Shown here in pieces: positions 46,331 through 59,399 of a stretch of DNA of 64,000 bases. Location: assembly GCF_963921235.1 (NCBI RefSeq), contig NC_086108.1, positions 55,864,001 through 55,928,000 on the forward strand, read 5' to 3'. A program made the position numbers and the translations under genes. Every line of letters starts with the position of its first letter. The first letter of the stretch is position 1. The DNA is from Mobula hypostoma (taxonomy: Eukaryota). Under the pieces are notes generated by a model. That model did not search any database and was not told the origin of the DNA. It worked only from the letters and a program-made list of their open reading frames with translations.

Positions 46331-49300
46331 TGTGGTAAACCATATATATATGTTGTAACTGGGTTACCTGTCTGGACACACCCCTCTGCTGACTGCTCCT
46401 GTGGCGATTGTGCCATTGCTTCTCCTCTCAGTCCAGGGCAGATACTCAGCATGGTCGAGGTCACACTTTACTACTAATAAAAGCCTTTCAGTATTTACTC
46501 TACTTCCAGTCTTTTGGAGTAATTGATAGTGCATCAATTTTATTAGCAGTAATTCTAAAGCATGGAACACGTGCTGAGACCCGACAAGTTAGACCTTGAC
46601 CCGCAAACACCGTCTATGCACGACATCACTTAGCAACGTGGCAGCAGCAGCCCGGAGAGTCGAGCACTGAATTTGTTTGGGCACTACAGACACATGTGCA
46701 GACCTGCAATTGCTAGGGGCTGACATCTGAACGGCATGCGGAGCTCCTAGTAAGAGACGCCGTCGTCACGGGGACCAAGTCAGTGTATGTGCGTCAGCTG
46801 GGACCCGCCAATCTTATCTTATGTTTGGTGATTGAGCTGGCTGACAAGCTGGAGGCCGCTCTGTACATCTCTGACGCTCTCCAGGCACGCGATCTCCCAA
46901 CGGCCTCGTGGACACTGCAGACCCCACAACCCGCCAGCAAATCGACCACGGCTGCTGCCAGTCGCACGTCCGTGAAGTGCTACTTCTGCGGACTCGAGAA
47001 GCACCCCCAGAAACGCTCTCCGGCCCGAGAAGCTACCTGCTCCAGCTGCGGAAAGAAGGGCCACTTCGCCAAGGCCTGTAAGTCCAAACCGCGAGCGGGA
47101 TCGAGCAGCGCCGCATGCGAGGCGTGGGGGTCGTCATCTTGCCTGCACGCCGCCACCATGTGCGAGACATGGGGGCGGCCATCTTGGTCGACGCCACCTC
47201 ACACCGCCTACGACCCACGGGTGCTCACGAGGCACCCCACCATGCCGGACCAAGACAACGACTCAACTCTGGCCTCCGTGACCCTCGACCAAAGTGCTTC
47301 CCACCAGCTCGCAAGGTCATTGATGGACATCCTGGTGGAGGGGTGCAGGACAAGCTGCCTGTTTGACACAGGCAGCACGGAGAGTTTTATCCACGCGGAC
47401 ACGGTGCAGCATTGCGGACTCATGATATGGCCGGTAAGTCAAAGGGTCACCATGGCTTCCGGGTCGCATACAACAGACATCCGGGGGGTTTGTGTAGCGA
47501 CGCTAGTGGTGCAGGGCACAGAATATCGAGACTTTACGTTACTGGTCATGCCTCAACAGTGTGCCCCTGTGCTATTGGGGCTCGACTTCCAGAGCCACCT
47601 GAAAAGCGTGACAATGAAGTATGATGGGCCCCTCCCACCAATCACTGTCATAAATTCCCAGTTTTGTAGGGATACGTCACATACCCCGCTACTGACCACA
47701 CACACACTCCAACCCGCACATCCCATCCAACACCATGTCAACTGCTGCAGCACCGACGCCACTTGCGGCCTCTCCACCCTCAAGATCCCTCCTCCACCGC
47801 TGTTTGCCAACCTGACCCCCGACTGTAAACCTGTGGCAACTAAAAGCAGGAGGTACAGCGCGGGGGACAGAGCCTTCATTAAGTCGGAGGTGCAGCGGCT
47901 GCTCAGGGAGGGGGTCATTGAGGCAAGCACAAGTCCTTGGAGGGCGCAGGTGATCGTTGTTCAGAATGGGCAGAAAAATAGGATGGTCGTGGACTATAGC
48001 CAGACCATCAATAGTTTCACGCTGCTCGACGCGTACCCTCTACCCCGCATCGCAGATATGGTCAATCAGATAGCACAGTACAAGGTGTACTCGACCATAG
48101 ACCTAAAATCTGCTTACCATCAGCTCCCCATCCACCGGGAGGATCGCCCTTACACCGCCTTCGAGGCGGACGGCAGGCTTTATCACTTCCTGTGGGCCCC
48201 CTTTGGTGTCACAAATGGTGTATCTGTCTTCCAGAGGGAACTGGACCGGATGATGGACCAGTGCCAACTGAAGGCCACACTCCCCTATCTGGATAACATC
48301 ACCATCTGTGGTCACGACCGGCAGGATCACGACAACACCTCCAAAAATTTCTCCAAGCGGCCAAAGCTTTCAACCTCACCTATAACAAGGACAAGTGTGT
48401 ATTTGGGACCACCCAACTTGCTATCCTTGGGTGTGTCGTGGAGAACGGAGTCATTGGCCCTGTCCCCGACCGTATGCGCCCCCTGTTGGAACTCCCTCTT
48501 CCCAACACCCTCAGAGCCCTCAAAAGGTGCCTGGGCTTCTTTTCATATTACGCCCAATGGGTCTCTAACTATACAAACAAGGCCCACCCCCTGCTCAAGT
48601 CCACCACATTCCCACTCTCAGCCGAGGCCCGCGCGGCCTTCAGCCGCATAAAAGGAGACATTGCCAAAGCAGCAATGCATGCGGTGGACGAGGCCATTCC
48701 CTTCCAAGTAGAGTGACGCCTCCGACCGGCTATATGCCCTACATGTAGATCTTTGCCACCCGGGGATCCCTCGGCTTTACCACTTCGTGAAAGCCCGGAA
48801 CCTGCCTTACTCCCTTGAGGAGATCAGGACGATGACCAGGGATTGCCAAGTCTGCGCAGAGTGCAAACCGCACTTCTACCGACCCGAAAAGGCACAACTC
48901 ATCAAGGCCGCCCGCCCTTTTGAGCAACTGAGTGTTGACTATAAGGGCCCCCTTCCCTTCACCGACCGCAATGTGTACTTTCTTAATGTTATCGACAAGT
49001 ACTCGCGGTTCCCCTTCGGCATCCCCTACCCCGATACCACTACCATGTCAGTTATAAAAGCCCTGCGCAAGCTCTTCACTCTGTTCGGATACCCATGCTA
49101 TACCCACAGTTGCAGAGGGTCCTCGTTTATGAGTGACGAGCTGCGCCAATATCTACTGGCTAGGGAAATTGCAACTAGTAGGACCATGAGCTATAATCCC
49201 CGGGGGAATGGACAGATGGAGAAGGAGAATGGCATGGTGTGGAAAGCCACACTCTTAGCCCTCAGGTCAAAGGGACTGCCAGTCTCTCGCTAGCAGGAAG

Positions 49301-50171
49301 TCCTTCCCGAGGCACTCCACTCCATCCGCTCCCTGTTATGCACAGCCACCAATGCCAGCCCTCATGAGCGACTCTTTTCTTTTCCCAGAAAGTCGACCAC
49401 TGGGACCACCCTACCAACTTGGCTGACGTCTCTGGGGCCAGTGCTGCTCCGGAAACATGTGAGGAGCAATAAATACTCCCCGATAGTCGAGAGGGTTCAC
49501 TTACTTCATGTGAACTCCCAGTATGCCTATGTGGTTTTATCTGATGGGCAGGAGGACACGGTCTCCATCCGCGACCTGGCGCCCGCAGGAGCACCGGGCC
49601 CCTACCCTGAACACTCTGTGGTGACTATTGACCCCGTACCCACCGATGTATGTACCCACGAGACACCGCACACTCCAAACCCTACACAGACACAACACGA
49701 CACTCCCATACCGGGCGCGATGCACACACACGAGGGATTAACAACGCCTAACGTGCTGGCACCTGAAGTCAGGCCGGAGCCAGCACAACCGCCATCGCCG
49801 GTGCAATTACCACCGGTGTTACGTAGATCACAGCGACGGACTCGACCGCCTGATAGACTTGACCTGTAAATATACCTGTTTTAAATATTGTCAGTCACTT
49901 CACCCCGCAGGACTCTTTTTAAAAAAAAAGGAGGGGTGAATGTGGTAAACTATATATATGTTGTAAATGGGTTACCTGTCTGGACACGCCCCTCTGCTGA
50001 CTGCTCCTGTGGCTCCTCCCACAGACCCCTGAATAAAGGCGATTGTGCCATTGCTCCTCCTCTCAGTCCAGGGCGGATACTCAGCATGGTCGAGGTCACA
50101 TTTTACTGCTAATAAAAGCCTTTCAGTATTTACTCTATTTCCAGTCTTTTGGAGTAATTGATAGTGCATCA
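46331..50171 (+). mobile_element. Ty3/Gypsy LTR retrotransposon, relatively young, with internal deletions
   Basis: LTRs 46331-46536 and 49941-50171 (TG...CA), perfect TSD CGAGC, PPT AAAAAAAAAGGAGGGGTGAA. Confidence 0.96.
46783..49869 (+). pseudogene. Gypsy gag-pol (zinc knuckle, protease, RT, truncated RNase H, integrase)
   Basis: CSSCGKKGHFAKAC, LFDTGS, RMVVDYSQTIN, DLKSAYHQ, YLDN; frameshift near 48340; RNase H cut off after VESDASD-like motif (~48726); integrase SVDYKGPLP...GNGQMEKEN with stop at 49291-93. Confidence 0.92.
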
Positions 50172-52209
50172 CGAGCACAATTGTGGGAGTGCACAAACCC
50201 TGCAGCCATGTCTGTGGTTGTGACTGAGGCATCTTTCTGGTGAGTGTCTACATGAAACATAGTGATGATCATTCCATGGGCCCCCTATCAAATCTTTTCC
50301 CAGAGTGCTTGTCTCTGTATCTGCCAGCTTTCTTGTTGCCATCCTATCACACGCTAGCAAGTCCATTCGCAACTGCGCATGAGACTGTGCATGTGTGCAC
50401 CTGACTCGTTTCAAGCTGCAATGGTAAAGTGATTACTACCAGTTCAGCTAGCTGGCTGGAACCGTTCTCTCCCTGTTGCTGAAAAACCGTTTCTGTGACT
50501 GGATTCAAAGCAGCTGCTGTCCACCCCTGGACACTGGCTGTTCTGTGACTAAACCAGGCGTGGTGTTTGTCTGCTACAGACAACTGCTCATATGATACGC
50601 CCCTTGTAACAAGAGAGCGAGGCACAGGTGTGAGGGGTTTAGTAGTTTCAGTACATTTTTAGCCATGGGCATGTGAGCAATACTTTTGTGTAACTTACTG
50701 ACCCCCTCCCAGACCTTGTTTGTCCGTTCTCCAAGGCACCACTTCCATTTCACAATAGAAGTTTGCTGCACCCTCCCGCACCTAGTTAGTGGAGGTCTCC
50801 ATGAACACCCGCGTCATAATGAGGGGGTCAGATCTCATAGTGACTTCGCTTCCCTCGGTGGCAGCCTCCATTCCCAGGGAGCAGGCTGGTAGCTGTCTTT
50901 CAGAAGGTGTGTGTCAAACAGCAGCATCAGGCTGGGTGCAGGACCAGAACCCTAGAGAGTGCGCACCCCATTCTGTCTCTGCCTTAAATTTCATAGAGTG
51001 CTGTTCTGATGTACGAACACTTGTAGCTCGAAGGGGAATCTGGGTGAACGAGAAGCCCCAGGCAGGACCTGAGCCATGGCTTCCTTTGCAGCCTTGAATG
51101 CCTGTTATTATTCTGCACCCCACTCAAAAGTTTCTTTCTCCCAAGTTACTTCATATAAGGGTCGCAACAGGACAATTAGGTGTGGTAAGTGCCACCTTAT
51201 GTAGCCCAATAGTCTCACAAACCTTTGGATCTCCTGCTTATTGGGGTTGGGCAGGGTAGGCATTTCATTTTTATTATTCTGTACTTTGTTTGGGATTACT
51301 TAATGTCCTGAGACCCACTGGATACCTAGAAACTGGACTGACAGGCTCCGCCCTGTGTTTTCTGTGGATTCACCATCCATTCTTGGCCTCTCATGTGGCT
51401 TACCAGCACATCCAGGGCTTCAGCTGCCCCCTCTTCAGTGGATCCACTTTGCATGCTGTTATTGATATAGTGGGATACCTGTATGCCTGCTGAGAGAGTA
51501 CATGTATTACGGTCTCTCACTATCAGTCTATAACACAAGGTAGGGCTATGCATATACCCCTGAGGCAATCTGATACCTCCCCATGTGAAGGCAAATTGGT
51601 TCTGTGACTCTGGCGACAGGGGAATAGGTAAAAATGTGTTGGCCAAATCTATTACAATGTACCATTTTCTGTCTCCCTGTGAAATTTGGAGGGAGGATCA
51701 CACTTATTCAACTGGCAATAATCAACTGTCACCTTCCAGCTGCCATCCAATTTCTTCACAGGCTAGACAGGATTGTTGTGCTCTAAAGTTGCATACCTGA
51801 TCACACCTTGTTTAAACAACTCTGTTACAGTGTCTGAGATTTCCGAATATCCTCCCAGTATTCGGTACTGTTTCACACAAACCACGGCACTCAGTGGAGG
51901 TATTGTAAAAAGCTCCCACTTCGCTAGCCCCACTAAAATTGTTGCTATTAAACTATCCAATGTGAACTTCCCCAATTTAGTTTGCATTATCTGTCCCTGC
52001 AGCACATTCACTCCAATTGTATTTTCAGATAACAGGGCTATCAGTATTTGGTCTCCCTCCCCAGTAGCCAATCGGACCATTGCTCATTTTCCATGGTTTT
52101 ATTATATTCCCTTCTAACACTCCACTCACACCAGCAGCTGCTGGTGCTGGTCAGGGTTTCTGCTTATAACTGAATGCTCTGCATCCATGTCTAGCCTCCA
52201 GCAAACCCA

Positions 52210-52419
52210 GGTCTAAATGGACATTGAACCCATGAACACTACCTCAATACTTTCATTTCTGTTTTTGCACTACCTATTTTAACTTAACTATTCAATATAT
52301 ATATGTAATTATTGTAATTCAGTTGTTTTAAATATTTATCATGTATTGCTTGTACAGCTGCCGCAAAGTTAACAAACTTCATGACATATGCCAGTGATAT
52401 TAAACCTGATTCTGATTCT
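52210..52419 (+). mobile_element. Rex1/L2-type LINE 3' tail inserted in the ERV gag region
   Basis: ...TTCATGACATATGCCAGTGATATTAAACCTGATTCTGATTCT terminal repeat. Confidence 0.7.
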
Positions 52420-52543
52420 ACCAATGCCTTGCAATGGACAATATGTTAGCCATTGAAGTAAAACCATAGGTTTTGTCTGTCCACACCAGTACCTTAATAT
52501 CAGTCTCATCCTCCGGTTCGTCATATTGTTTGCAAAACACAGA

Positions 52544-52561
52544 ATCCTGCCGACTACACCA
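52544..52561 (-). promoter_or_regulatory. Primer-binding site complementary to tRNA-Ser
   Basis: Minus strand TGGTGTAGTCGGCAGGAT versus vertebrate tRNA-Ser 3' end ATCCTGCCGACTACGCCA (1 CpG-type mismatch). Confidence 0.88.
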
Positions 52562-52565
52562 ATTT

Positions 52566-53290
52566 TGTAACAAAACATTATTTCAAATTTAGATATGAGT
52601 TACTTCCTTATTCACTCAGGGTATTTGCATATGCATCTGCAAACACAGGAGGCACTTCACACGTATTCAACCACAAGAAAACACTTTACTATAATTAGTA
52701 CAAAATACAACATAGAAAGAGAAACAAATGCCTACAAATGTAGCAGTACAGGAATCAAAATAATACCTATCATTCATTAAACAACCTAATCCCTGTTATA
52801 TCTGAGAGGGCCACAGATCTGACAATCTTACATGCAACCTGTTGCCCTTATGTCTGTCTGTCTGTCTGTCTTTAACTCTAACGTACACTAACTCTGACTC
52901 AGCATAGTTCCTTCTCTCAACACCAACCCTGACCCAGCTTAAGACAGAACTCTCTTTCACTTCCACAAAGTAAGTGACCCTTTTTTATACCCTTTCAGAT
53001 TTGCTCAAAGCACAACATAATTATCACCTCAGTACTTTCCCATCTCTGGGTCGTACCAGCTGCATTTCCTTATCACCTGTGACTTTCAGGCCAAACACAT
53101 AATTTAGGAAAGCAGGGACAACAGGTCTGTAAGGAGAAAAACATCATTCATTATTTCATCTCTGGAAGGTGCACTCATGCACACCTCCAGATAATCACAA
53201 CATCTCAAACTAACATAATTCCATCTTTGAACTTCCATGTTTTTTTCTGGCTTGTACCAAGAAGTAATCACAATAAACTTTTTCTTTACA
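52566..53290 (-). repeat. ERV 5' LTR
   Basis: TGTAA...TTACA; minus-strand TATAAAAAA at ~52981-89; followed on the minus strand by the PBS. Confidence 0.85.
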
Positions 53291-54099
53291 ACATCCAATG
53301 AGAAGTTGACACAGGTCAATCTTATGAGCTTGAGCCAGTGAAATTGAAACTTCATAGATTGATCTGATAAGGAAATAAATAAGGCTGGAGGATCTTGGGA
53401 GCATAGACAGTGACAACTCTGTGGAGACCAGCCATCATAGAAATGGATGATTCCACCCTGGAAACATGGAGATTACAATGGGATCAAGAAGAATCCTAGT
53501 CAGCATCAACTTCCTTTCCTGGGTATTACATCTCTCTCCTTTGACCACTCATGCAGGGTCAGTGAAACCTGGTGGATCTGCACATATGTACTTAGGTTTG
53601 TAAATTCATGTGTTTGTAATTGAACAATAAAGGACTTGTCAGTAAATAAAGATTCTCTCTGTGCCTAACTGATCACTATTGTTGAGGGTTAAAACTTGTA
53701 ACTGTGTGGGTTTGCTGGAATCAAATGTTTCTGCTCCTGAACTGAAACTGGTCATTTGATGGTCAGTGTGGACTTGTTAGCCAAAGAGCCTCTTTCTCTG
53801 CTGTATGATTCCATGACTGACGTCGTGAAGGAGAAATGACTCATCTTGAAAAGACATATTAACGTTCCAGCATAAACTCAGCTTGTTATTTGAAGTGTTC
53901 ATTTTGAAATAAACAGATTATCCACCGAGGAAAGATTGGACAGGCTAAGCTTGTATCTACTGAAAATCAGAAGAGTGACAAGTGACTAGATTGAAACGCA
54001 GAAGTTCCTGATGATTCTTGACAGAGCATATGTGGGTAAATCCTTAAAAATAAGAAGTGCCTATTAGTGGTTTGCTGGTTTGGTCTCTTGCCTGTCCTT

Positions 54100-54355
54100 G
54101 CTCTTACTCTTGCTAGATGTCATATGGCATCTCGGAGTCAGAGATGCCCTGGGTTCAATTCCACCACTAACTGTAAGGAGTTTGTACGTTCTTCCCATGA
54201 CTGTGTCGATTTCCTCTGGGTGCTGTGGCTTCCTTGCACATTCCAAAGATGTACAGGTGAGTAGGTTAATTGGTCACTTTGGTGTAACCGGGTGCTGTGG
54301 GCTCATTGGGCTGGAAGGGCCTGTCACTGTGCTCTATCTCTAAATTAATAAAAAA
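54100..54355 (+). mobile_element. HE1/V-SINE-like tRNA-derived SINE
   Basis: B box GGGTTCAATTCC, V-core-like GGAGTTTGTACGTTCTTCCC...TTTCCTCTGGGTGCT...CATTCCAAAGA, CR1-like tail GAAGGGCCTGT and A-run. Confidence 0.8.
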
Positions 54356-56103
54356 GGGGCTGAGAGGTGTTCGTTTTTTTACATAGAAGGTGGTGAATAT
54401 ATGGAAAGAGCTGCCTGAGGATATGGAGGAAGCAGGTATAATTATGACATTTCAGAGACATTCAGACTAATGCCAACACTGTTGTCCCTGCAGCTTATCT
54501 CAATAAACTCATCTGCAACTCTGCGAAACTCCTTAATATCTCAATACCATTTCCAGAAAAGCCACAACTCTCATTACCTTATCAAAAGTAAGGTTTGTTT
54601 TGTTATTTTTTCATGGCTATACACTAATCTGTCACTTGATGCTCCAAGGACATACCAAAGTTTCCTTGCTGGTACCTCAAATTGACAAGGTAATCCTTAA
54701 TTGCCTCCACTGTATTTGGTTATGAGCATCAAATGAATAGGTCTGAAGTGTTTTGGTCGGTTGAAGTGCAGAAAAGGAAATGCTTTTTGACTTCTTTTGT
54801 CTTTAAGTCTTTCAGTATCTCACAGAACTAATATCAATTTTTGTTTTGCTGGCCCTAATCTCTTCACAAACTCTTTCAGACTAATCATATTATCTTTTCA
54901 ACACAGCCTCTATTATTGGAGTAAGCCACGATGATCATGTTAAAACAGAAAACACTGGAAACACACCACAGGTCAGGGAACATTTGTGGAAAAATAAACA
55001 GTTAATGTTCAGACCATGGTTCCTGTTTATAATTTGCTTGTGTTTCAGATTTCCACTATCTACAGCTGCAGGAATGCAGCTGGGTAGTTTAAAGTAAAGA
55101 TAACTCTGAAACTACAGGACCATGATTGACTTTGGTAGGTTAGGACTGGTCCAACTTGACCAAGTAGGAGCATTAAACCATTCTCGTCCACTTACAGATA
55201 AGGCCTGCCATTCATGATTGCGTTAACATCATAGCTTTGGCTGAAACTTCAATGTACAGAGCGATCTGTTGACCCTTGCTTAGGCTGTCCAGCTCCACCA
55301 TGCCGTCACCTCTTATCAACACCGGTATTGGTTATGATTAGTTTAATTAGCTATCTGTCAGAGACAGATGACTGCAGTTTGTTCCCTTGGTGTATTAGTA
55401 AGATGAGCATTGATAGACTTGGCTCCACACAAAAAAGCAGTATACCCCAGCACTAGTTCTTTTCCTCTTTGGACACCAAGCTTTGGGTTAAGCCAGACAA
55501 TTTCCAACTCTGACCTGCTGTCTGACTTGCCAGTGAGTTTGTGATCCTGCATTACTTCCAACAAATTCCCTCTCCCCTCCCCTGCTCTTCCCACCATGCT
55601 TGTCAAAGTCTACTTCCATGCCCATATTACCTCTTGAATTAGTTGTTGAGTATTGCCCAAACTGGCTCCCCAGACAAAGGCTCTAACTCATTCAAGACCA
55701 GTGTCTTGATGTTACTTCCTTCATTACAATCGGTTCCTCTATCGCCACTCTTCTTACTGACCTCAAAGCTCCCATGTTTCCTATTTAAAACATATTCCAT
55801 TCTTTGTGCTCTCATTCTTCCCCTTTTCTCAGCCTTATAGTTTCCCACTCGACCATGACTGTTTCAGCTGTCTCTTGTTCACCTCCATCTCATCACTGCA
55901 AACTGTATTTCAGGTGCTGTATTTCAGACTCTGTAATAGTCTTCCAAACTCTCTCCAATTCTTCATCTCCATCTTCTTTTAGGTTCCCCCTTAAAATGCA
56001 CGACCATCATCAAATTTGATCGTCATCTTTCCACATATCTCCTCTTTAGGCATAAGATAGTTTTGCTTCTGATTTACACATGTTTGTGGAATACCTAGAT
56101 ACA

Positions 56104-59100
56104 TTTTCATTTTCATTTTTAAATCTTTTTTATTAATTATTATTGAAGATCAACAAAAAATACATTAAAGTAATCAAGTCAACATGTCAATATGTACAAT
56201 GAGAAATTAAATTATCAAATAACTGATTAACAAAGCTAAACAACATATCAATGATAATAAGAAAAAGTAAAATGTTAAAACTTTTCTTTGGAAAAAAGAA
56301 AGAAGGTAAAAAGAACCCCTACTAACTAAAACAAGAAAAACCCTACTAACAAAAAGAAAAGAAAAAAACCATTGGGAGCACAACCCCGGAGCTATATGCC
56401 GTACAAGCTTCCATAAAAGAAAAACATCAATCTGCCAACTCAAGTCCATTTAAATAAGAATCAGAAGGGAACCATCTTAACGAATTCAAATCAAATGATA
56501 GTAGCGGGCAAAAGAACCCCACCTTTTCTCAAAGTCAAATCGAGGATCAAAAGTTCGACTTCTGATTTTCTCCAAACTAAGACATAGCATCACCTAAGAG
56601 AACCACTGTATCAAAGTGGGAGCAGAGGCATCTTTCCATTTCAATAAAATAGCCCTTCTGGCCAATAATGTGACAAATGCAATTACATGTTGGTCTAATA
56701 TAGAAATACCATGAATATATTGAGGGATTATACTGAACAAAACTGTCAATTTATTAGGTTGTAAATTAATTTTTAAAGCTTTAGGAATTGTAGAATACAG
56801 AACATGACCAAAACATATGTGTCAATGTAGCTGTCTCAGGTTTACATCTATCACACTCACTATCAACAATAGGAAATATTTTACACAGTCTCTCCTTTGT
56901 CAAATAGTAACGATGTACAATTTTAAATTGAATTAAAGAGTGACTGGCACAAATCAAGGAAGAGTTAACCAACTTCAAAATTTGCAACTAATCCTCTGTT
57001 ATCAAGGTCATGTTAAGGTCTCTTTCCCAATCTTGCTTAATCTTAAGTAAAGCATTATTGTACTGTTGTAATAGTAATTTATAAATTTTCCCAATAAAAC
57101 CTTTCACTAAAGGATTCATTTTTAAAATAATGTATAACAGGTCAGAACCTTGTATATATGGAAAATTACTTAAATATTCTTGTAAGAAATGTCTGACCTG
57201 AAGATATTGCAAGAAATGTGAGTATGAGAGAGAGTATTTAGTTACTAATTTCTCAAAAGACATCAATCGGCCTTCTTGGAACAGATCCATGAAGGAATAG
57301 ACTCCTTTATTTCTCCAAAGAAAAAAGGTAGGATCACTTAGTGATGGTTTAAATAAATAATTTCAATAAATTAAACTAAGAAGGTTAATTTTTTGGGGAT
57401 TAAAAAAATTACGAAACTGGTACCAAATTGGTAATGACGGTTTAATCATGAGATATAAATTTAGATTAGAAATTTTGGCCAGTTGTACAGGTAAAGAAGC
57501 TTCCAATAACAAAGTTAAGTAAAATTGTTTCACAGCTTTCAATTCCAAATCCACCCAAGGTGGTCGTTCATTTTTATCAGTCCAATATAACCAAGAACAC
57601 ACATAACGTACATTAACAGCCCAATAATACATTCTTAAATTAGGCAGAGCAAGACCTCCATCTTTTTTTAATTTTTGTAAATGATATTTTCCAATTCTTG
57701 GTCTTTTATTATTCCAAACAAAAGATGAAATAATAGAATCAACCTGATCAAAAAACTTCTTAGTTAAAAAAATAGGAATATTTTGAATACATATAAAAAT
57801 TTTGATAAAATCATCATTTCAACTGCATGAATTTGGCCAGCTAACGAAAGTGTAAGTGGATTCCATCTACAAAATAATTGCTTCATAAAATCCACTAAAG
57901 GAACCAAATTAGCTCTATAAAGATCTCAGTAATTTTTAGTGATGATAATACCTAAATATTTAAAAGAGTCCGTAACTTTAAAAGGAATGTCATCATATAT
58001 AGAAGCAGAATCATTTAGAGGAAATAATTCACTTTTATAAAAGTTTAGATTATATCCCAAAAACTTTCCAAATTCATTTAATAATTTCAATAAACTAAGA
58101 ATGGATTCTTCAGGATTCGAAACATAAACTAAGAGATCATCAGCATAAAGGGAGATCTTATGAATAGTCCCATTTATGAAAATTCCGTGGATGTCTTTAG
58201 CTTCACGAAGTGCAATGGCCAAGGGTTCCAACACCAAATTAAATAACGGGACTTAGTGGACATCCTTGCCTCGTACCCCGCGAAAGTCGATAAAAAGGAG
58301 ATTTGCAATTATTAGTAATAACAGTAGCAATAGGGCTTTTATATATCATTCTAATCCACTTATTAAAGTTAGTACCAAAGTTGAATTTCTCTGAAACATT
58401 AAATATGTATTTCCATTCAACTCTATCAAATGCCTTTTCAGCATCAAGAGAAACAACACATTGGGGAGTCTTAGAAAAGGATGGGTATATAACATTTAAC
58501 AGTCTCCAAGTATTAGAGAAGGAATAACGGCCTTTTATAAAACCTGTTTGGTCCTGAGAAATAATCTTAGCTAGAATATTCTCCAGTTGATTAGCCATAA
58601 TTTTTGAAAGAATTTTAGCATCCACCTTTAATAATGAAATAGGTCTGTATGAAGCGCAGTCAGTAGGGTCTTTATCTTTCTTAAAAATTAAAGAAATAGA
58701 AGCTTCATAAAATATGGGAGGTAACTCTCCTAACAAAAAAGAATCTTTAAGTGTTTCCAACATATATGGAGAAAGCAATCTTTCAAATGTTTTATAAAAT
58801 CCTACAGAAAAACCATCCAATCCAGGTGCTTTACCAGATTGCATTGAAAGAATAGCTTTCTGAATTTCTTTTTCAGTAATAGGAGTATCAAGATTTTGTT
58901 GATTTTCAACAGATATTCTAGGAAAATCAATCTTTTGTAAAAAAGCAATCATTTTAGAAGGATCAGCTGGAAACAGATTTATAAAGTTCACTGTAACAGT
59001 CTTGAAAATTTTTATTAATGTCTTCATAATTACAAGCTAAACTACCGTCTCCCTTACGAATTTTTAAAAATTGTCTTTTAGCTCTAGCCGCCTTTAATTG

Positions 59101-59395
59101 GGATGCTAACAGCTTATTATTTTTATCTCCAAACACATAAAATTGACTTTTCAATGTAGGCAAATTTCGTTCAATAGGATAAGTTAATTGTAAATTATAT
59201 TGTGATTGAAGTTCAACCCTTTGTTTAAATAAATGAATGTTAGGAGAGATTGCATAAATATTATCCAAGTCTTTAATTTGTTTTGAAATCTTATCTAACT
59301 CTAGTTTCGTCTGTTTCTTAAGCTTAGCTAAATAGGAGATTATCTGACCTCGCAAATATGCTTTAAATGTATCCCATATAACCAATTTCGACATA
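56104..59395 (-). mobile_element. L1 LINE, 5'-truncated ORF2 (RT to Cys-rich C-terminus) plus 3' UTR
   Basis: WDTFKAYLRGQII, KAPGLDG, YRPISLL, SLDAEKAFDRVEW, RGTRQGCPLSP, SLYADD, CDRC...HMFWSC; minus-strand AATAAA and A-rich tail at 56104-56133. Confidence 0.93.
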
Positions 59396-59399
59396 TAAT

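Larger units (their letters stand above)
45678..50208. mobile_element. Probable solo LTR (about 480 bp net) in ERV pol, itself interrupted by a SINE and a Gypsy
   Basis: TG...CA ends, flanks AGTC/TGTC; ERV RNase H-integrase sequence rejoins across it. Confidence 0.5.
41117..53290 (-). mobile_element. Endogenous retrovirus, class III (ERV-S/ERV-L-like), decayed, apparently env-less
   Basis: Two LTRs, tRNA-Ser PBS, PPT; protease remnant LDMDAEHSVI (~52180), RT KQYRILGG...GVIR and ANTFLPIPLSPESQNQFAFTW..LPQGYMHSPTLC, RNase H SSQLAEL/HVDTH, integrase WAQNMTGHLG..C, WQIDYIRPLP, QSDNGSH, GLIERMNRLLK. Confidence 0.88.
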
